A DNA stretch of 32,000 nt from Methylorubrum extorquens (GTDB lineage: Bacteria > Pseudomonadota > Alphaproteobacteria > Rhizobiales > Beijerinckiaceae), in the NCBI GenBank assembly GCA_900234795.1, contig LT962688.1, forward strand, positions 2,970,001 through 3,002,000. Direction: 5' to 3'. The position numbers were made by a program, and so were the translations under genes. Positions 16,737-22,880 of the stretch are shown here, piece after piece; position 1 is the first letter of the stretch, and each line of letters starts with the position of its first letter. The notes beneath the pieces are model-generated. The model made no database searches. It was given only the letters and a program-made list of their open reading frames with translations, and was not told the origin of the DNA.

Positions 16737-17264
16737 GCGTTTCGGGGGGACGGAACAGGCTGTTAGCGGTGGGACAAAATCCGGCAAAAACCCTTATCAC
16801 TCAGTGGGTGTAACGACGGTCCCACCGGGGCTTAACCTATTGAATGGCTTCGCTTAGTGGGGTCCGTCCCTGGGCACCATCTTTCTGAAGAGCCCTAGAG
16901 CCTCAGAAAGTCAGGATTTTCTGATCTGTAGAGTTAAGTCGACTGTTTCGCGGCCTTCTCTCTATTCGCTTTGCGCCGTGTATCGGTGACCCGCCGAAGG
17001 GGTCATGTCCCTGCTGCTTGTCTCAGATCACCTTACGCTTATCCGGCGCCCGCCGTTCTGCTGTCTCAGTGTAGGGGCGCCGCCGGTTGCCGTCCTTCTC
17101 AGTTCCCTGAGTACCGCACGCTGCTGACAAACGGCCCCGTCGCTTGTTCGCTCATCGGTCGACGGCTGGGTTCTTCGGGAGGCGATCTCCAGACGGTCAA
17201 CGAGACCTGCGGGATGGGCGCTTCCCCGGTCCGCGTGATTCATCAGGACAGCGGCGAGCCCCCA

Positions 17265-17687
17265 TCACTGGAAGCGTGCCGCGAGCTTGCTCGAAGCTCC
17301 GGGATCGATGCGGTGCAACCGCTCCAGCGCGCGGATCGCGTCCCGCTCGGCCGATTCATGGTAGGCTGCTTTAACCCGATCCACGCGTTCGATCAAAACG
17401 TCGAGCTTTTCGAGTGGCGTCAGTTCGCGGGATGCCTCGCTCGATTTTACCAGCTCGTGAGCCGATTTTGCGGGCGGCATCGCACCAACCTTCTCGGCGA
17501 GTTCACGGACGGCCTCGGAAATGATCCCGAGTTGCTGGCCGAAACTTCCGACTTCCTTGATGACCGCGACTTCGATCTCCGGGACGCCCTGGTAGGGTCC
17601 CGCCGAGATGTCCTGACTCACCCCGCCGCTCAGCGGTGCGAAAAAGGGAAACGTGAACCACGAATACCAAGTCGGACTACCGGACAT
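17265..17687 (-). CDS. Orphan hypothetical protein, 140 aa, with an aromatic N-terminus and a helical C-terminal half
   Basis: The ATG at 17687 has GAGG 6 nt upstream (the longest ORF starts at 17822). The translation MSGSPTWYSWFTFPFFAPLSGGVSQDIS...SFGQQLGIISEAVRELAEK reads like a real protein, unlike the antisense + ORF. Confidence 0.5.
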   Translation of the reverse strand: MSGSPTWYSWFTFPFFAPLSGGVSQDISAGPYQGVPEIEVAVIKEVGSFGQQLGIISEAVRELAEKVGAMPPAKSAHELVKSSEASRELTPLEKLDVLIERVDRVKAAYHESAERDAIRALERLHRIDPGASSKLAARFQ

Positions 17688-17960
17688 GACGCACCTCGCT
17701 CTGTCGCAAGCCGCGTCATGGTCGGATCGTATGGGCTGACATTCAAGCTCACCCCCATGCCTGCTTGCACGGGCGAAATGCTGGATGGCGACTATGCCAA
17801 TCCTCGGCATCGAAAATGGCATGACGAACCTGATGCGCAGGCTTGAGCGATGTGTCGGTGTAGACCCGAAACAAGAATTCGCTCACTGGAGGTTAACAGT
17901 GCCAATCAGATGCAGCTGTGCGCAGACGTTGTGTGAAAGAGAAACTGCGCAGGGATATCG

Positions 17961-18100
17961 GAGCAATTAAATCGAAAGCGAAGAAAATTGATTTAGTAAT
18001 GCCCGAGTATACTATAAAATGTTTGATTGAATCGGATATGAGGTTATATCATTAGGAAACGAGTGCTTCCGAAACATAAGAATCTAATTTATAGAAAAAG
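17961..18100. other. Extreme AT-rich core of the junction island
   Basis: A hand count gives 43 G+C in 140 nt (about 31%), against roughly two-thirds G+C elsewhere. No ORF. It contains the 8-bp palindrome AGTATACT at 18006-18013. Confidence 0.9.
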
Positions 18101-18117
18101 AGTCCAGCTGAACGACG

Positions 18118-18210
18118 TTACCACTCAAAAAACGAGTCCAGCCGCGGCATCAGGCAGATCAGTGTTCCTGCCGCGCCGATCACGCCTGCCATCATCACTA
18201 TCGCCGCCAC
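18118..18210 (-). CDS. Small hydrophobic peptide, 30 aa (paralog 2)
   Basis: Hand translation gives VAAIVMMAGVIGAAGTLICLMPRLDSFFEW-stop. The start is a GTG at 18210, with an alternative ATG at 18195. The SD is weak. It is a paralog of the peptide at 18310-18408. Confidence 0.35.
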   Translation of the reverse strand: MAAIVMMAGVIGAAGTLICLMPRLDSFFEW

Positions 18211-18309
18211 CGTCGGATCCCCGCGTCATCTCTTCGCAGCCATAACGCGGAAGAGGCTTGGGAAGTTTCACCGTCTGGACATGGCACGCGAGGGGAGTTC
18301 AGAGGGCCG

Positions 18310-18408
18310 TCACCACTTCAGGAAGCGGTCGGCGCTCGGCCGTGCGGCAACGGTGAGGGCGATCGCGCCAAGGGCGCCGATCAGCATGATAGAGGCAGCG
18401 AGAATCAT
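18310..18408 (-). CDS. Small hydrophobic peptide, 32 aa (paralog 1)
   Basis: Hand translation gives MILAASIMLIGALGAIALTVAARPSADRFLKW-stop. ATG with GGAG 8 nt upstream. Mostly G/C third positions. Confidence 0.45.
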   Translation of the reverse strand: MILAASIMLIGALGAIALTVAARPSADRFLKW

Positions 18409-18537
18409 GACAGTTACTCCACGACGCAGATTCAGGGACGTCCTCTGAACCAACGAGTGGGAACGATGGCGTGTGCCGTGCGGCAGATTGGCGTGCTCGA
18501 AAAGAGTTTGGACCGGAACCCGGCTGGAACGTCGGCC

Positions 18538-19011
18538 TCAGCTATCCCGGCCGATCCCCAACCCCCGCAGGAGATCACCGATCGGATCGATCCGAGCGGC
18601 CTGCTGCGGCTGCGTCGCGGTCGTCGCCGTACCTGAGGCCGGCAATGCGGTGGAAGTCTCGGCAGCCGGAGCCGGCCGCAGCCGCGTCGCGACCTTTGCA
18701 GCACGGTGGCGCCGCACGGCTTGCACCCGCTGGGTCGTGTCGGCCCCGGCGAGGTCGTCGGCCGCCAGGAGCGCGACCATCTCCGGTGACAGCAGCGTGA
18801 AGGTCGCGGGCTTCGGCGCCGGCACGCCTACGGTGTATCGAGGCGGATCGGCCCAGGTGGAACCTTCGGCCGCCTCGGCACTGCTGACGATCATGTTCTC
18901 GGCGCGCGACGGTGTCGGTGCCGAATTCTGCGTTCTCACCAGAGGCGAGGTCGCGAGGAGACCGAACACCATGACGGCGGTGGTCGCGAAGACGGCTCTA
19001 TAGTGTTCCAT
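18538..19011 (-). CDS. Hypothetical signal-anchored or secreted protein, 157 aa
   Basis: ATG at 19011 (a TTG at 19032 gives the longest ORF). The N-terminal hydrophobic segment is AVFATTAVMVFGLLATSPLV. GC3 is fairly high. No family recognised. Confidence 0.5.
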   Translation of the reverse strand: MEHYRAVFATTAVMVFGLLATSPLVRTQNSAPTPSRAENMIVSSAEAAEGSTWADPPRYTVGVPAPKPATFTLLSPEMVALLAADDLAGADTTQRVQAVRRHRAAKVATRLRPAPAAETSTALPASGTATTATQPQQAARIDPIGDLLRGLGIGRDS

Positions 19012-19390
19012 GCTTGCGAAACGTACCGCCAAGGTTCTGGTTCCAGCGCTTCAAATCTGTCATCGCGAGATTCGAATCGTCGACCTGCCGCGTGCCCCGG
19101 AGCCTGGAGGGGCCTCGGCGGAACGTTCCGAACCGCTCTCGCCAACCTGGTCGTCGTGCCGCGGGTTCGATCCGGCGATCACCTTCGGCACTTCGGCCTG
19201 CATCCGCTTGACGCCCCCTCCGCCCGCCATGCTAGAGACCGCGCTCGACGCAAAGGGGCCCAGGGTCCGTTTGTCATCAACCACTTAAGCCGCGCTCCGA
19301 AAGCATCCGGCCCGGAGCGCACTTGTCCGGGCGTCGTCGCGCTTTCGCGTCGCTCGTTCGGATCGCAGCCCCTCTCGCCCCGGTGACTGT

Positions 19391-21181
19391 TTGAGGACCC
19401 TCCTCGATCTCCTGCGGGTGATGCGGCGACACGACCGACGGCAGCTCCTGATGCTGGGGCTCGGGCTCGGGCTCGCCGCCCTGCTCGAAGTGGTCGGCGT
19501 CGCCTCGGTGCTGCCGTTCCTCACGCTGGTCGGCGATCCCGGCGCGGCCGCGCGAATCCCCTATCTCGCCAACCTCCGCGATGCCTTCGGTCTCGCCGAC
19601 GACCGCACCTTCCTGCTCGCGACCGGGTTTGCCGCGCTCGCCGCGATCCTGCTGACCAGCGCGGTGAATGCCGCCTTCGCCTATGCGCAGCTCCTGTTCG
19701 CCCACATGGTCGGCTATGGTTTTGCCCGGCGCCTGCTCGCCCGCTACGTCGATCGCGAGCGCCTGTTCTTCGCGCATGCCAACAGCGCCGAACTCGCCAA
19801 GAACGTGCTGAGCGAGACCGATCGCCTCGTCGTCGGCGTGCTCACCCCAGCCATGGTGATCGCCTCGCGCGGCGCCTCGGCGCTGGCGGTGGTGATTTTC
19901 CTGATCGCGTATCAGCCCCGGCTCGCACTGATCCTCGGCGGCGGCTTCGGCGGGCTCTACGTCGCGATCTATGTCGTGATGCGGGCCCGCCTCTCCCGGC
20001 TCGGCACCCGGGCGGTGGCGGGCAACGAGGGCCGCTACCGTGTGGTGCAGGAGACCTTCGGCGCACTGACCGAACTCAAGCTCTACGGTCGGGCCGAGAC
20101 GTTCACGAGCAGCTTCGATGCGCCGGCGCGCTCCTACGCCCACGCCCTCGCCTCCAGCCTGGTCACCGGGCAGTTGCCACGCTTCGTCATCGAATCGCTC
20201 GCCTTCGGCGGCGTGATCGCCGTGGTGCTGTTCGCGCTGACGCAAGGGATCGACACCGCCGGCATGCTGCCGCTGCTCGGCCTGTTCGCCTTCGCCGGCT
20301 ACCGCATGCTGCCGGCCTTCCAGAACATCTTCACCTCCGTCTCGCAGTTGCGCTTCCATCTGCCCGGCGTCCGCCTGATCGTCGATGCCTTGGCGGGCGA
20401 GCGGGAGCCCGCGCTTCGCACGGCCGAGCGCCTGCCCTTCGCGCAGGCGATTCGTCTGGAGGATGTCGCGTTCGACTACGAGCCCGGTCGTCCGACCCTG
20501 CGCGGCATCGACCTGACGATCGCTGCGCACACCACCATCGGCCTCGTGGGCCGCACCGGCTCGGGCAAGTCGACGCTGGTGGGCCTGATCCTCGGCATTC
20601 TCACGCCGACGCGGGGACGCATTCTGGTCGACGGCCATCCGCTCGACGGCGACAGCCTGCCGGCTTGGCAGAACCGGATCGGTTACGTGCCCCAGGACGT
20701 GTTCCTGATCGATGGCAGCATCGCGCAGAACATCGCTCTCGGCATCCCGCCGGACAGCCTCGACCGGGTGGCCGTGGAGCGCGCCGCGCGGCTCGCGGGC
20801 GCGCACGATTTCATCGCGGCCCTTTCCGCGGACTACGACACCGGCGTCGGCGAGCGGGGGGCCCGGCTCAGCGGCGGCCAGCGCCAGCGTATCGGCATCG
20901 CCCGCGCGCTGTACCACGACCCTGATGTCATCGTGTTCGACGAGGCGACCAGTGCGCTCGACGGCGAGACCGAGGCCGCGGTGATGGAGGCGCTCGGCGC
21001 GCTGGGCGGCACACGCACGATCATCATGATCGCCCACCGCCTGACCTCGCTGCGCCGGGCTGATACGGTCCATGTCGTCGAGGACGGACGGATCGTCGCC
21101 TCGGGGCCGCCCTCGCAGGTGATCGCGGATCCCGCTGTCTCGCCTCCGCCTGCGGACGCCGTCGTGGCCCCGGCCCGGTAG
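19391..21181 (+). CDS. ABC exporter, fused permease and ATPase (MsbA/MdlB-type half-transporter)
   Basis: It has a six-TM N-terminal half, Walker A (GRTGSGKST), the signature LSGGQRQR, Walker B (VIVFDEATSALD) and the H-loop (IAHRL). The start is TTG at 19391, with an alternative ATG at 19421. Confidence 0.9.
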   Translation: MRTLLDLLRVMRRHDRRQLLMLGLGLGLAALLEVVGVASVLPFLTLVGDPGAAARIPYLANLRDAFGLADDRTFLLATGFAALAAILLTSAVNAAFAYAQLLFAHMVGYGFARRLLARYVDRERLFFAHANSAELAKNVLSETDRLVVGVLTPAMVIASRGASALAVVIFLIAYQPRLALILGGGFGGLYVAIYVVMRARLSRLGTRAVAGNEGRYRVVQETFGALTELKLYGRAETFTSSFDAPARSYAHALASSLVTGQLPRFVIESLAFGGVIAVVLFALTQGIDTAGMLPLLGLFAFAGYRMLPAFQNIFTSVSQLRFHLPGVRLIVDALAGEREPALRTAERLPFAQAIRLEDVAFDYEPGRPTLRGIDLTIAAHTTIGLVGRTGSGKSTLVGLILGILTPTRGRILVDGHPLDGDSLPAWQNRIGYVPQDVFLIDGSIAQNIALGIPPDSLDRVAVERAARLAGAHDFIAALSADYDTGVGERGARLSGGQRQRIGIARALYHDPDVIVFDEATSALDGETEAAVMEALGALGGTRTIIMIAHRLTSLRRADTVHVVEDGRIVASGPPSQVIADPAVSPPPADAVVAPAR

Positions 21182-21241
21182 CGGTTCCGCCGCGGCCCGG
21201 CTATCGCTTCGAAGCGAAGCAGATGCTTGGGGGCGAGGGCA

Positions 21242-22120
21242 ATGGACGGGACGGTCGAGATCCGTGCGGATGACGGCAGCACGGCGCGGATCGCGCTGCA
21301 CGGCGCCGAGCCGGTCTCCTGGCATGTCGATGGCCACGAATATCTCTGGAGCGGCGATCCGGAGCACTGGAACCGGCATGCGCCCTGGCTCTTCCCCGTC
21401 GTCGGCGCCTCGTCCGGCGGCAGCGTGCAGGTGGATGGCCGGCGCTACCCGATGGCCCAGCACGGCTTTGCCCGCGACCTGCCTTTCGCGGTTGTTAGCC
21501 AAAGCGAGGATGCGGTTTCCCTGCAGCTGACCGACAGCGAGGCGACACGGGCGCATTACCCCTTCCCGTTCCGGTTGACGATCGATGCTCGCATCGCAGC
21601 GAAGACCCTCGCCTTCGAAATCCGGGTCGAGAATCCGGGCAAGGCTGCCCTGCCCTACGCCCTCGGTTTCCACCCGGCTTTTCCCTGGCCGTTTGCCGGG
21701 GGCGAGCGTCGCGCCGATGGCGGCTACGCGGTCCTGTTTGAGGAGGCGGAACGGCCGTTCGTCCCGGAGGTCGGCGCGGGCGGGCTGCTGGTGCATAGCG
21801 AGCGGGAACTGACCCTCGACGGCGCGCGCCTTGACCTCGATCCCGACCTCTTCAGCGAGGCCCTGGTCTTCCTGCACGCGCGGAGCCGGGCGATGCGCTT
21901 CGTGTCGCCGAGCGGCCGAGCCATCGCCATGCGGATGGAGGACTTTCCCCATCTCGCGGTGTGGACCAAGCCGACAGCGCCGTTCCTGTCGCTGGAAGCC
22001 TGGACCGGACATGCCGACTGGGCCGGCTTCGAAGGTAATTTGGAGAATCGCGATTCGCAGCGTCTGCTGGCGCCGGGCGCAAGCGCCCGGCACGGGATCG
22101 CGCTGGCGATCGAGGGGTGA
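21242..22120 (+). CDS. Aldose 1-epimerase family protein
   Basis: PWLFPVVG...MAQHGFARD...GFHPAF resembles the mutarotase-like family from memory. ATG at 21242 within the 21227 ORF. Confidence 0.75.
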   Translation: MDGTVEIRADDGSTARIALHGAEPVSWHVDGHEYLWSGDPEHWNRHAPWLFPVVGASSGGSVQVDGRRYPMAQHGFARDLPFAVVSQSEDAVSLQLTDSEATRAHYPFPFRLTIDARIAAKTLAFEIRVENPGKAALPYALGFHPAFPWPFAGGERRADGGYAVLFEEAERPFVPEVGAGGLLVHSERELTLDGARLDLDPDLFSEALVFLHARSRAMRFVSPSGRAIAMRMEDFPHLAVWTKPTAPFLSLEAWTGHADWAGFEGNLENRDSQRLLAPGASARHGIALAIEG

Positions 22121-22132
22121 GCCTAAGCGTAC

Positions 22133-22342
22133 TTAGTCGACGGCGATGATGACGTCGGAGCTCTTGATCACGGCATAGGCTTCGCCGCCGACCTTCAGCC
22201 CCAGCGAATCGACCGATTCGTTGGTGATGGCCGAGGTGACGATCTGGCCGTTGGCGATTTCGATCTTCACATGGGCCGTGGTCGAGCCCTTCTCGACCGA
22301 AACCACCTTGCCCTTGAGGACGTTGCGCGCGCTGAGCTTCAT
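22133..22342 (-). CDS. mop: Molybdenum-pterin-binding protein (single TOBE/Mop domain)
   Basis: The 69-aa product MKLSARNVLKGKVVSVEKGSTTAHVKIEI...AVIKSSDVIIAVD is a classic Mop sequence. Confidence 0.85.
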   Translation of the reverse strand: MKLSARNVLKGKVVSVEKGSTTAHVKIEIANGQIVTSAITNESVDSLGLKVGGEAYAVIKSSDVIIAVD

Positions 22343-22350
22343 CGACGGGT

Positions 22351-22409
22351 GTCTCCGCTTTTGAGATGGCCCTCCCTGCCCCAGCGGCAGCAGGCCGGCA
22401 AGCGGAGAC
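22351..22409 (-). promoter_or_regulatory. SD-sequestering stem-loop in the mop 5' leader
   Basis: There is a perfect 10-bp inverted repeat: GTCTCCGCTT at 22351-22360 and AAGCGGAGAC at 22400-22409. In the mRNA the 3' arm contains the GGAGA Shine-Dalgarno, 9 nt before the ATG. Nested GGCC/GGCC and CUGCC/GGCAG pairings lie inside. Confidence 0.35.
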
Positions 22410-22423
22410 GAAATGCTTTCCCC

Positions 22424-22798
22424 TCACGCTTCGGGGAAGTCGTCCTCGCCGGGATCTGCCTCTTCGGAGACACGGCGGCGGCAGCCCCATTCGGCGAGCC
22501 GCGCGTTCATCTCGTCGAGAACGAAGTGGCGGGCGCTGTCACGGTCGTAACCCTCATCGAGGAGGTCGTCGTACTCAGTGAAGCTGTGCCGGGTGAACGC
22601 CGTCAGGGCGAGCCAAACCGCGGTTTCCGGCACCGCGCCGCGCAGACCGGGACTGCGCAACGCCCGGTCCAGCACCGCCTCCGCCTCGAAATCCGGAAGG
22701 CGCGGCGCGAGACGGGCCAACGCCTCGGCCAGAACCGCGCGGCGGTCCATCGGCGGCGCTGCATGGCTCGGACGGTCCGGGCTCCCTGCCCTCTTCAT
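22424..22798 (-). CDS. DUF2293-like protein
   Basis: The motif TRHSFTEYDDLL...RDSARHFV matches my memory of DUF2293. The start could be 22798 or 22750. Confidence 0.65.
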   Translation of the reverse strand: MKRAGSPDRPSHAAPPMDRRAVLAEALARLAPRLPDFEAEAVLDRALRSPGLRGAVPETAVWLALTAFTRHSFTEYDDLLDEGYDRDSARHFVLDEMNARLAEWGCRRRVSEEADPGEDDFPEA

Positions 22799-22825
22799 GC
22801 GGCGGCCTCGCCTCGATCCAAAATA

Positions 22826-22854
22826 CGAAAAAGGCGGAGCCTTGCGGCCCCGCC
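22826..22854 (-). terminator. Intrinsic terminator after rpsI
   Basis: The minus-sense RNA reads GGCGGGGCC-gcaa-GGCUCCGCC (one mismatch) followed by UUUUU. It lies 27 nt after the rpsI stop. Confidence 0.6.
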
Positions 22855-22880
22855 CTTTGCACCAGCGAAGATGAAACGCC

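Noticed and set aside
1-16740. The block as an RcGTA-type gene transfer agent cluster (g10/g11-like chaperones, DUF3168-like and TP901-1-like tail genes).
   Set aside because: The tail tip is lambda-type (M-L-K-I-J), not the GTA g13-g15 set. A tail fibre and a full endolysin/holin cassette follow in the same operon. A prophage is the better reading, although the left half lies outside the window.
17028-17243. A 71-aa Arg-rich - strand ORF 21 nt downstream of the orphan gene, a possible second component of a pair.
   Set aside because: It has no SD and mediocre GC3, and it overlaps the direct repeats and hairpins that probably create its periodicity. It is kept only as a note inside a finding, not as a feature.
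16971-17846. A 291-aa + strand ORF across the island.
   Set aside because: It is exactly codon-complementary to the - strand gene 17265-17687. Its translation is Cys/Arg/Trp-rich and unnatural, and its 5' half runs through hairpin- and repeat-rich non-coding DNA. The - strand product reads like a real helical protein and has a good SD.
18310-18408. The 32-aa peptide as KdpF (similar length, one TM helix, ...RP..(D)RF near the C-terminus).
   Set aside because: No kdpA/B/C genes are adjacent. The peptide has a second paralog and extra C-terminal residues, and the genomic context is an accessory island.
19163-19173. GGGTTCGATCC, a tRNA T-loop-like motif, which could mark a tRNA or an att-site remnant.
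   Set aside because: The flanking bases cannot form a T-stem (GCGGG versus CGGCG), and no acceptor or anticodon arms can be drawn on either strand. I found no tRNA anywhere in the window.
19040-19390. A possible two-piece alphaproteobacterial tmRNA, or a riboswitch upstream of the ABC gene.
   Set aside because: No ANDN-type tag reading frame (gcc aac gac aac) occurs on either strand, and I could not match any riboswitch core from memory. A covariance-model scan would be needed to be sure.
19277-22093. A 938-aa - strand ORF covering the ABC transporter and epimerase genes.
   Set aside because: It is antisense to an ORF with complete Walker A, signature, Walker B and H-loop motifs, and its translation is Arg/Gly-rich with no motifs. 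It is a shadow ORF.
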